A program made the position numbers and the translations under genes. This document shows positions 28,301 through 40,978 of a DNA stretch of 64,000 bases, in pieces; position 1 is the stretch's first letter; each line of letters opens with the position of its first letter. The notes below the pieces were generated by a model. That model worked only from the letters and a program-made list of their open reading frames with translations, had not been told where the DNA came from and made no database searches. This stretch comes from Octopus bimaculoides (taxonomy: Eukaryota): the NCBI RefSeq assembly GCF_001194135.2, contig NC_068982.1, positions 87,388,751 to 87,452,750 on the forward strand. The letters are read 5' to 3'.

Positions 28301-31300
28301 TGCGCTGAGGTTGAGGCATCTTTCGCTCTACCCGGATGGTGAAAGGGTGTGGTCTCCGCTGGCGAAACAGATGTTTCCAAAGTTCACTAGTTTCGTTGGA
28401 TTGGAAACCTGGTTGAATCGAAGATCGAAGTTGGGTACATGGTACACGGAGTGTCGCAAGGCACTCCTGCTATTCCGTCACTTGTGCAATGCCTGCGGTG
28501 GGGGTTCCACCGCATTCTTCTATAGAGGGCTTATAGAGGCGAAATGTGATGACACCTTAGGGGAAACCCTAGGTCTCGACGATGATCAGCTGACCAGTCT
28601 ATTCCGATGTACATTCGGGCTGAAGACCCTGGATAATTTTCAGAAGTCTCTGGCATGGCAATGTTACCAAGGAGCCTTACCTGTTTGGGACAAACTCGCA
28701 AGACATGGTTGCGCCATCCCTCCGACTTGTCCAAGATGCGGGCGGGACAGGGAAACCGTCCTGCACACTATTGTACAATGTTCGGAGGTGTCGGAGGTGT
28801 GGGTATGTGCTGAACAACTGTTGTCAGATACTAGAAGAGTACAGCTATCAACTGAATCAATATTAAAAATTGACCCGCCGGATTTCCTCTCGAAAGAAGG
28901 TAAGATTTGTTTTCTCACTGTGGTAGCAATTGCGAGACAGGTTATTTGGAAAACGAGGATGAAAGGTATAAAGTCAGGCATTTTCATATCTAGCTCTGCA
29001 CTGGTGAATTATTTCACCTTCCACCTCAAAAGAAAAGTAGAGCTAGAGAGGAAATGCCTGACTGCAAAAATGTTTGAGAGTCGATGGAAGAGTGTAGCAC
29101 AAAAGTTGTGAATGAATGTAACCGCATGAATGAGACGAAGGACTCATCTCAGTTATCAGTGGCGAGGCAGGGCACGTGGGGTCCGTGCTAAACCCGCCTT
29201 ACCACTCCAGCCGTAATGTCTTCCGGTCTGTCTCATCATTCGATTTTAGTCTGATTTCATTGTCTAAAATTTTTAAATGCATATTTCTGTAAATTCATCC
29301 ATTTCATCTGACCCCAGATCAGGTTGTATCATCCCCTCTATGTCGCCCCTTGTGGGTAATAAAAAATTAGAAAAATATGCAGTGGATGGAACATTTAAAT
29401 ATTGGATGTGATTCATAGGATTTACCAATATTACATTATATATTTAATTATTGCGATATAACGCAATAAATCTAACAAGATTCTCAAATATTCTGAAAAA
29501 CATACCAACATCAAAAACTATATATCATATAAAATATCTACAAACGAAAAATATGAATTTTCCAAATTATATGATGGATTGGATTTACAAATTCTCAAAG
29601 GACAGTATATATTTTTAATATTTTTAATATTCTTAATATTTTTTAATATTTTAATTAACATCATCCTATAGCATATTTTATTATGTATACCATTCGTTTT
29701 CACATAATATAATAATAACTTTATACATCTCTGAAGAGCGGAATTATTGCCAATATGCTTGTCTATATTAGATTACATTATAAAGGCAAGAAAAACTGTG
29801 AAACAATCGTAAGATGCATTTTAGACTTTCATAATATTTTAATCGAATTATATTTACACTCACTTACGCATATATTTTTTATATACATTGTATGCATATA
29901 TTTTTATATACATTTATATTTGTATATTTTTGATTTTAATTATAATTCAAAATGATTATTGTCATATAAAACATACATCTTTCAGAAATTTGAATATTGA
30001 TTCCCTAAGAATATTGTTAATAATTTTATTAATAATATAAATATATATATATATTTGCTCAAAGTAATAGAGCGCTCAATATAAGTTCAATAAAATATTC
30101 CCCTTTAAGCTTATTAAAATACACAGCAATATTATATACATTCAAATATTCAGGGTGTTTGGGCTAAATTTGACATTTTCATGACTTCTTTTTTCAAGAA
30201 CAGCTTGTTATGTTGGTGAACAGTCAACAGCATTGGAGAGTATAGTTTTAAAGTTCTAGTCGAGAAAAGTTAGCTAACATAGAAGACTAGAAATCATCTG
30301 AAAATTAGAAAAGAGTTACCTGTATTGTGATGATTCATGTCCAGTATCAAAATGCACAGAGTAAAGGCTGTAAGATGTGACATAGACAGCTGCAACAGAG
30401 ACCATGAAGCCACAGCCAGCAGGAAGGGACACAGCAGGTGTTTTGACTGCATTTGTAAACTAGAATTCATCCCCACATCTTTGAACAGAGCTTTAGACTC
30501 ATTTCAGATGGGTAAGTGAAGCTGCTGGAAACTGGCTGGAGAGGATTGCTGTTGAAAGGCTATGTGTGTGGCTGCAGGATCCAGCTACTTGCCATATCTC
30601 TGGAAAAAGTCAGAAGTGGTTGTCAGAGAATTTCTACAACTTCACCAGTCCCAATTTCTAGCCTCCTAATTCCCCCAATTGTAATCCCATGAATTACTAT
30701 ATGTGGGGTATAGTTGAGAAAGATGCCAACTGCTCTGCTTGCAATACTAAGGCCAAGCTGGTGGCCAAGATCAAAGAAGTGTTCAAAGATCTTCCCGAGG
30801 ACACAGTGAGGAATGCATGTACCAGGTCCCAGAGCCGTGTTGAGGCTATGGTGGAAGCTGAGGGTGGTGTCTCCCAATTTTTGGATGAGATATTGTGTTT
30901 TACTTCATTTTTGTATTGGGTTTGCAAGTTTCTTTATGTGAATTCATGTGTTGAAACAAGTTTTATTGTCTTGCAAGAGTCATTACACATGCATTGATTC
31001 AATTCCAGTCCTTAAATATTAACCAATTGGTTAAATATCTATCCAATTAACTAATTGATCATTTGTTTAATGTAACACACTAAGAGAGTAATCATTGAAA
31101 ATGTTGCAAATGATATCAAAAGGACTTTGATGAAAAAAAAAAAAAACACATATTGGGTTTTCTTTTCCTTTTATGCAAGCTGTCAAATTTAGCCCCTGAA
31201 TGGCAGTGCAGTTACCTTCAGATATTGGTGGCTGTAATAGTCTGTTGTGTAACATTTATTAAATATTGTCAAAATAATCAGAGCTTGATTTGCTTTTTAT

Positions 31301-31954
31301 TACATTTTCACTTTATGTATTTAACCCAATGTTTACTCTTTTGGTTAAGTTTTTTACTACAGAAATCAAATATATCCATTTAAAATTTCATTATCCTTAA
31401 CTGCAGAAAGCAGTTTTACATACCAATGTAACTTTTGTTGAAGAAAGTCGTATTTGAAACTGTCTTTTGTTGAGATATGTCAAGATTATTGAGGAAACAT
31501 AATTTCAGAAAATACCAATTCTATTTTTTGGTATACATCTTACATCATTATTGAAATAGCCACAAAATTACATTTCTCAGTTAAAGGGTTAATAAAACGT
31601 TACATATTTTCTCCTGTTCTATATCAAAATGAGAGCATAGATTAAACGTAGCTTGTATCATTGCTGATTAAATTTTATTTTCATTTTTAGAATGAATTGC
31701 TTCCTCAAGAAATAATCAAAATGCCATTACCTGATGGACCAGCTGAAGGTCCAGATGGAACTAAACTTATCTTATATGGTATGTCAGCCGTATTGTTCTA
31801 TTTACTGATAAAACTTAGTGGTTATTGGCATTCTGAAAATCAATCTCACTGACTGAAAATGAAAATAATTTTTCTAAATTTATTTTAACTGTGGCATGTA
31901 TATGTGGTTTGTGCATGCATAAGTGTGTGCATGCACACACACACACGCACGCAT

Positions 31955-31990
<36 letters not shown>

Positions 31991-32064
31991 ATACATTCAC
32001 TGTCTGAAAGTCTCTGCCCACTGAGTCAATCTGTAGCTTCTGCTGATTATTAATCAAAAATAAC

Positions 32065-32098
<34 letters not shown>

Positions 32099-32365
32099 GG
32101 CACATAGCTTAATGGTTAGGGTGTTGCACTTATGATTGTAAGATTGTGATTTCAATTCCTGGACCAGGTGATGCATTGAATTCTTGAGCAGAACTCTTCA
32201 TTTCACATTGCTCAAATCCACTCAGCTTCCAAAAATGAGTAATACTGCAAAGGACCAGGTTCCTATCCTGTGGTGAATATATAGGCCATAGAATCTGGAA
32301 AGCTGGCCTTATGAGGCTATTGTTTGAGGACCTTTGACCCTTTTTTTTGTAAATATATATATGTG

Positions 32366-32403
<38 letters not shown>

Positions 32404-33539
32404 NNNNNNNNNNNNNNNNNNNNNNNNNNNNNNNNNNNNNNNNNNNNNNNNNNNNNNNNNNNNNNNNNNNNNNNNNNNNNNNNNNNNNNNNNNNNNNNNN
32501 NNNNNNNNNNNNNNNTGTGAGTGTGTATGTGTGTGTGTTTCTGTACACACTCCAAATACACACGGGCATCTATCACACACATACTAACTTCTTTATTTAT
32601 TATGCTCATCATATTCATCTCCCCCTCTCATCTAGGAGAAAACTTCTAAACTATAAGCAGTAACTTACTTTTGTAAACAATAGCAAAAATATAAAATAAT
32701 ATTGATATATATTTATAAATGGAACACATGTTCCATTTATGGACTCATGTTGCTAGGCATTACTAAACACCTATTGACACAGAAATCATATTTAAATGTT
32801 AGCTGTGAAATAAGATACAATTTTTATGATACAACATCATATTTCTTTTAAAGTGTGAGTAAAATACTAAATAGGTTAGGTTTATATATCCAGAAATGAT
32901 GTCTAATATATACATATATACATACATACACACATGTGCACACACATGCACATGCACGCTCACACATGCATGCACACACACGCACATATGTGTACATATC
33001 ACTCTATCCCTCCGTCCATCAATCTTTGCCAACTATTCCTAGGAGGGTCATAGAGGTAGAATCCTCAGGCACCTCCTCCATAGGGTTCTATCAGAAGCAA
33101 CTGCCGGAATTCCCAAGTATGACCATCTGAGATTATGGATATTATCCAATCTTCTCATTATTGGTCTAACCTTATGACTCCCACTGGTTGGCTCAGCTTA
33201 AAGAATGTGTCTTGTGATTTTTTCTTATGACATTCTAATCACATGTCCATAGCATATACATGTGTCTATTACATATTATGATGTGTTTTAGGCAAGGTAT
33301 TCATGTACACTAATCAAAAGAGCAACCGATTTTATCTTTTACTCGCTTCAGTCATTAGACTGCAGCCATACTGGAGCACCACCTTGAAGAATTTTTAGTC
33401 GAATGAATTAGCTACAGTGCTTATTTTTTCTTTAAGCCTGGTACTTATTCTGTTGGTCTCTTTCCTGAACTGTTAGGTTATGGGGAATTAAACACACTAA
33501 CACCTGTTGTCAAGCAGTGGTTGGAAACAAACTGAGACT

Positions 33540-33594
<55 letters not shown>

Positions 33595-35547
33595 CAGGTT
33601 TCTTTCAGTCAGCCCAAGGCCATAGTAGAAGACACTTGCCCAAGGAAGTGCAGTGCAGTGGAATTGAACCCAGAACCATGTGGTTGTGAAGCAAATCCTC
33701 TTAATATTGTTTTAAAATTCAGAGTTGGAATAGTGAATATAATTAGCTCTTGTGATATTATTTTATGTCTTCTACACTGAACGATGAAAGACGAAGTTCA
33801 CTTTGATTGGTTTTGAATAATAATGATGATAATGTCTTAAACAAAGAAAGAAGAATATGATGATGCAGTATTAGATATTCCTATAAAGACAGGATGGTTG
33901 TGACTAGAAATCTTTTGAACATAGGTTGGCTTCATTAGGTATGATTCAGAGCTAAACAACAACACTAATAAGAATGTCCTTCCTCTAAATAATAATGGTT
34001 GGTATTTTTTGTCATTGGTTAAAGGTATTTCAGAGATAGTAATTTAACCATTTCTACTGTGTCTGAGCTGCTTCCAAGTGCCTAGCCCCAAGTACACTTA
34101 CCACCTCTCTACTCATGGATATGTTGCAAAGGAAAGACAACTCTATATGTTCATACCATCCATGGAGTCACAGGAGATGCTGGATATTGGTCAAGTATAA
34201 CTGTACATATCTAACTTTGGACCTCTCCATTCAGATTTTCTGTAGAGATTTACTCCTTTAACCTTTTTCTTTCTTTAAGTGCTCAATAAATTACCCCAAC
34301 CATTAAGTGTTCATAAATTTCACATTTTTAGGTTGTGGTACAACATTTGACTTCCATAGTGAAATCAACTACCTCTACATAGCAGGTACTGAAGAAGGCC
34401 ATGTCCATTCTTGCTCTAAGGCTTATTCCACTGAAGTGATGAGCACAATTAAAGCTCACCATATGTCTGTATATAAAATTGCTTGGAATAAGTATCATCC
34501 AAAGATATTCATCACCTGCAGTGCAGATTGGACTGTGAAAATCTGGGAACATGGTTTGCAAACCAAGTATGTATTCTGTTCTGATTAAGATGTATTTTAT
34601 TGGCATCCTTAATTGCATGAGTTTTATTAATTTTTTTTTTTATTACAGTTAATTAGAAGATATTTAAACTGAAAAAATGAAAAGTTATGTTGTCCTATGT
34701 TTTCATTTTGCAATATTTGAAAGATATATTAAAATATAAGTGCATACATGCACACACGCACACACACAAACACACTCGCGGAGTAGATGGAACTGGGACA
34801 ACTGATGAAGGGAAAAATTTTTTATGCTGCATGTCTCGTTTCTCTGTTTGTTTGTTTTTTGTTGGTCGAAAAAAAGTTCGTTTTCTGTCTTCATCTTTGT
34901 TTTCGTTTCTCATTGTATTTAACGTTCTTTTGTGATGTCCTGTACCCATATATGCATGTATGTATACATGTACATATATGTACATATATGTAGGCATGTA
35001 CATATATATATGGATATATTTATATTATTATATGTATATATATATATATATATNNNNNNNNNNNNNNNNNNNNNNNNNNNNNNNNNNNNNNNNNNNNNNN
35101 NNNNNNNNNNNNNNNNNNNNNNNNNNNNNNNNNNNNNNNNNNNNNNNNNNNNNNNNNNNNNNNNNNNNNNNNNNNNNNNNNNNNNNNNNNNNNNNNNNNN
35201 NNNNNNNNNNNNNNNNNNNNNNNNNNNNNNNNNNNNNNNNNNNNNNNNNNNNNNNNNNNNNNNNNNNNNNNNNNNNNNNNNNNNNNNNNNNNNNNNNNNN
35301 NNNNNNNNNNNNNNNNNNNNNNNNNNNNNNNNNNNNNNNNNNNNNNNNNNNNNNNNNNNNNNNNNNNNNNNNNNNNNNNNNNNNNNNNNNNNNNNNNNNN
35401 NNNNNNNNNNNNNNNNNNNNNNNNNNNNNNNNNNNNNNNNNNNNNNNNNNNNNNNNNNNNNNNNNNNNNNNNNNNNNNNNNNNNNNNNNNNNNNNNNNNN
35501 NNNNNNNNNNNNNNNNNNNNNNNNNNNNNNNNNNNNNNNNNNNTATA

Positions 35548-35608
<61 letters not shown>

Positions 35609-38600
35609 ATACATACACACATGTACATATATCTATATTTCTCTCTATATATACAAATATAAATATAGATATATGTATATGTACACACACACACACACAT
35701 ACATCATACATCACACATGTGCACATGCACATCTATCTATGCATACACTTATCCATATATGTTTCAGAAAATAATAATGGCAAATGATCATCTTACTCAA
35801 GAAATGAAGAAGTGTGCTGTTATTGTGGTTATAAAGGCTGAGCATAGCGATTTAGAAATATCTTGATTTTCAAAAGTTGCCAGATCTTTTGTCTACAAAG
35901 TTTGTAAGGAGTTAGAGGCTGAAGATGGAAACGTATCACCAATATCAAAGCCTAAAAAGCATTCTAAATGCTCTGAAATCATCAGAACACCTAAATTTAT
36001 CCAGCAAGTTCAACAGACCATTAATTACAATCCCAGGAAGTCCATGAGGTTAATTGCAAAAGATCCCCTTGTGTCAGAAGGAACAGTCAGAAATGTTGTC
36101 CATGAAGACATCAGGTATAAGTCTTATATGATGAGGAAAGGTCAATTTGTCAGAAAAATCAAAAGAAAATCACTACATCAGATCTAAAAGGCTCTTAAAC
36201 AAACTGAAAAATCTAGCAGAAGAAGATTTGATTTGGTTTTTCTCAAATGAGAAAAACTTTGAGCAAAATCAAAAAGTTAACAAAAGAAATGACAGATGAA
36301 TATGTGCAGACCTTTCTGAAGTTTCAAGTGTCATGCATACAAAATTTCCTGCAACTATCATGGTTTTAGGGATTGTCAGCATCAAAGGACATGTGATGCC
36401 TCCTTACTTCTTTCCACAAGGACTTAGAGTTAACCCTGCCACCTACATTAAGGTCCTGGAAATAATTAAGCTCTGGATAGACAGTATATGCTATGGAAGG
36501 CCATATGTGTTTCAATAAGACTCTGAACTATCACACATGGTTCTAGTAACACAGGAGTGGATGGTTGAAAATATTCATGATCACATAATCCCTAACATTT
36601 GGCCTCCTAATTCCCCAGATCTCAATCCATTGGACTATTACATGTGGAGCATTGTTGAGAGAGAGGTCAATGAACACATCCATAACACCAAAGATTCTTT
36701 GAAAGCTGCCATAGTCAAAGTAATGTCCAAAATGAGCCAGTACCACTTGATTCAAGCATGTAGATGATTTAGATCTCATATAGAAGCAGTTTATATATTG
36801 AATAACATTATAGAAAAAATTTTATTTTTATCCTCATAGCATTTTCTGATAAATAAAGTCATTATCTGTTACATATATATCTGTTTTATTTTATAAACAT
36901 AAATCTTCCAGTCCTTCCAAGCCTGTTTCTTTTCTATAATAGCCTTGTCAACAACATTGTTCCACCACCACGTTACCTTGGTTCGAGAGGGGACTTTGCA
37001 CCATCCACAGATCTGGTCAGTGGCCCTCAGCAGGTTGTCCTGTAGAAACCTCCAGTTGTCTTCCACATCATGTGATGCTATATCCCCCTCTATTTCGTCA
37101 AAGGCTTTAAGTATTACGTCCCTAAATCTCTGTCCATTCACAGGATCTTTAAGCTTCCAGATCCTTCTCCTCCATGCTGGTCGTTTTCTGGGCATCCATT
37201 TAGCCCTGATCCTGAAGTCTCTAACTACTAGTCTATGTTGTGGGATACATTCTTCACCTGGGAAGGTTTTGGCAATTATAAGCAGCCATCTTTCCCTTTT
37301 TCTGGCGAGGATGTAGTCAATTTGGCTAGTGTGTCTACCAGAACGGTAGGTGAGTAGGTGACTGGCAAGTTTCCTGAAGTTAGTACTGCAAACCATAAGA
37401 TCATTTGCATCGCAGAACACCAGCAGCCTGGTTCCCTCCTCATTGCAAGAACCAAAACCATAGCCTCCATGTATGCCATGGAAGCCCCCTTCATGTTGTC
37501 CAACATGTCCATTAAAGTCACCAGCCACAAAGAGAAGGTCCCTGTCATTCATCAACGAGATAGTCTGCAAAAGAGTGTCATAAAATCAGTCTTTCTGTCC
37601 ATCAGGTAGCCCCAGCTGAGGGGCATAAGCTGAGATAGCACTAATCTAATCTTAAGTATTCTATCGCATACTCTGACTACCTCGATTATCTTATCAACCC
37701 ATTTCTCTGCAAGAAGTATACTCCAACCCTATCAGTGTTCCTTGCCCAGAAAATCTTGTACCTGTGTTCTTTGCCTGTGAGGAAGCTAGCAAAATCTCCT
37801 CTCCACATTACTTCTTGGATGCAGCACAAATCTACACGTCTCCGTTCAAGCATCTCAGCAATCTCACCAGACCTACCTTTCAGTGTGCCCATGTTGAGTG
37901 TGCCAACTCTGAGAGTGTGGGAGGTGTGGGCCGGTGAGACCCTGGGATGGGGGACAGCAACATCATGTACCTGAAAAGAAAGCTTGCATCTGGCAGAATT
38001 CATAACATACAATAGCCTTCAACCTGCATACACTACACCATCATTTTTATGCATTATTTTATCACCTTACATAGGAGATAAACCCTAAGTAGGGGTGGAG
38101 ATGGTGTTAAGCCGTTAGAAGTGTTCATGGGAGACAATCAATAGATGACAGAGGTAGGGACTTCCGATACAGGTGGTGGGGGTGGAAGGGCGGGCGTACT
38201 GCGAAATAGCAAAATTTGACAAGAGCATCTTCTGGATTCGTATTCTTTCGGGAGAGTTATATTAAGATGGAGTAGGGGAATCCGAGTGTGTGTGGTAGTT
38301 TATATAGGGTGGGGTGGTGGAGGAGGGTGAAGTGTTGGTGAAGCAAGTGGTCATAAGACAAAGAGAGAAACAGAATGAGGCAGAGAGAGAGGAGCGCCAG
38401 AGTTAGGGTGATCAAGGATAGAACATGAGGGAGAAAAATATTCTTTGGGGATTTTGGGTAACACAATTTAATGAAACAGCAAATGCTGATAATAGTGAAA
38501 TAGAATTGAAAAATCTTAGAATTTTCGGTCAGCCAATCAGTGACAAAATTAGAGAAATAAGTGGCGATGTGACAAACTTGAATAAATGAATAGGTAATGA

Positions 38601-38677
38601 ATATTGATAGTGCATGAAGGAACTTAAGTTTGTTTTAAGACCGAAGAAGACAAAGCTATGTTTAAATTATGTTTACA

Positions 38678-38720
<43 letters not shown>

Positions 38721-40936
38721 GATGGGCTTCTTTTAGTTTCTGTCTGCCAAATCCACTCACAAAGCTTTGGTTGGCCCGAAGCTATAGCAGAAGACTCTTG
38801 CCCAAGGTGTCACGCAGTGAGACTGAACCCGGAACCATGTGGTTGATAAGCAAGCTACTTATCACACAGCCACTCTTGCGCCTATACATACATACATATA
38901 TATGTAAGGGACGACCGTGCGAACTCATAAAAGGAGAAATGGTGACGAATGGTCACCAATTGTAAGGGACGACCGCGCGAACTCAAAAAGGAGATATGGT
39001 GACGAATGGAAAAACAGAGGACTCCTTTTATTTAAACGTGTCACACGGTCGAACACAAAAATATATATATCAATAATGATATAGATGATATGTTATACGA
39101 CGATAACATAGATGACCAGCAATGAAAGACCACAACCGTATTAGATGAATAACAGAGATATTTATTGTAGCGTTAAAGATGTATGTCTGTGTGTGAGTGT
39201 GAATGCGACATATAAGAACATAATCAAAGACAGGCCGTCATACAAAGAAAAGTGTGTATGTGAGTGATACATGTGTGTATGAGTGTTTACAGCAGATAGA
39301 AAGAGAGTCNNNNNNNNNNNNNNNNNNNNNNNNNNNNNNNNNNNNNNNNNNNNNNNNNNNNNNNNNNNNNNNNNNNNNNNNNNNNNNNNNNNNNNNNNNN
39401 NNNNNNNNNNNNNNNNNNNNNNNNNNNNNNNNNNNNNNNNNNNNNNNNNNNNNNNNNNNNNNNNNNNNNNNNNNNNNNNNNNNNNNNNNNNNNNNNNNNN
39501 NNNNNNNNNNNNNNNNNNNNNNNNNNNNNNNNNNNNNNNNNNNNNNNNNNNNNNNNNNNNNNNNNNNNNNNNNNNNNNNNNNNNNNNNNNNNNNNNNNNN
39601 NNNNNNNNNNNNNNNNNNNNNNNNNNNNNNNNNNNNNNNNNNNNNNNNNNNNNNNNNNNNNNNNNNNNNNNNNNNNNNNNNNNNNNNNNNNNNNNNNNNN
39701 NNNNNNNNNNNNNNNNNNNNNNNNNNNNNNNNNNNNNNNNNNNNNNNNNNNNNNNNNNNNNNNNNNNNNNNNNNNNNNNNNNNNNNNNNNNNNNNNNNNN
39801 NNNNNNNNNNNNNNNNNNNNNNNNNNNNNNNNNNNNNNNNNNNNNNNNNNNNNNNNNNNNNNNNNNNNNNNNNNNNNNNNNNNNNNNNNNNNNNNNNNNN
39901 NNNNNNNNNNNNNNNNNNNNNNNNNNNNNNNNNNNNNNNNNNNNNNNNNNNNNNNNNNNNNNNNNNNNNNNNNNNNNNNNNNNNNNNNNNNNNNNNNNNN
40001 NNNNNNNNNNNNNNNNNNNNNNNNNNNNNNNNNNNNNNNNNNNNNNNNNTGATAGTAGTTTTGTATCTAATGGCGATAGGTAGTTTCACTACATATATAT
40101 ATATATATATATATCTGTAAAAATATGTGACACTTATTCAGTAGCCATGATAAAACTCTGAGTTTTGGATGCCAGGGTGGGGGGTCCACGCCAACATCTC
40201 TTCAGTTATCCAGCCATTGAGAATTTCTTTGAAAAATGACCGTTAAAAACAAAGGGAAATTACTGTGTAGTGATAAAACGCGTCTAAAACTGCGTATATC
40301 ATACACGCACGCACATATCTCAATGTACGCACGCATACATCTACATACGCACGTATCCACGCGCACACTCACAAACGCGCACATATAAAGTTCCTTGTAC
40401 GTGTCTATAAGCGTACGGAAAAAAGGTTTTGAGGGGAGAAAAACTATATGTGGAAAATTACAAAAAACATATTAACCCTATAACTATGTAAAAAACATAA
40501 AAATAATTAAAAAAATATATAATAATATAAAAATATAAAAATATAAAATTCAGGTAAAAAGTGAAAAATATGGAAGCCTATCAGTGCTGCCCATCAGCAC
40601 AAATATTAAAAAATATATATATAAAATATAAGAAATAATTATAGAGAGACACAAAAAAATTATAGAGAGACACAAAAAAAAAAATAGAAAGCAAGTCCAA
40701 ACTGTAACCTGAGGTTAATAATCTAACGATATGTCTTTTTTTACTTTTTTACTCCTCTGATGAGATTTTGCCCCCAAAAATGTTTTAATTACTAGAATTT
40801 AATTTGTTTGGGCAAAATTGAAACAGCTGTAACGGAATATGTTGAATTTTTGCAGTTAACANNNNNNNNNNNNNNNNNNNNNNNNNNNNNNNNNNNNNNN
40901 NNNNNNNNNNNNNNNNNNNNNNNNNNNNNNNNNNNN

Positions 40937-40978
<42 letters not shown>

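Larger units (their letters stand above)
23130..30101 (+). mobile_element. Penelope-like element with inverted terminal segments, interrupted by a nested LINE
   Basis: 13-bp direct repeat CCTTTAAGCTTAT at 23117-23129 and 30102-30114; about 23130-23305 is the reverse complement of about 29880-30055; GIY-YIG remnant and hammerhead motif inside. Confidence 0.78.
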
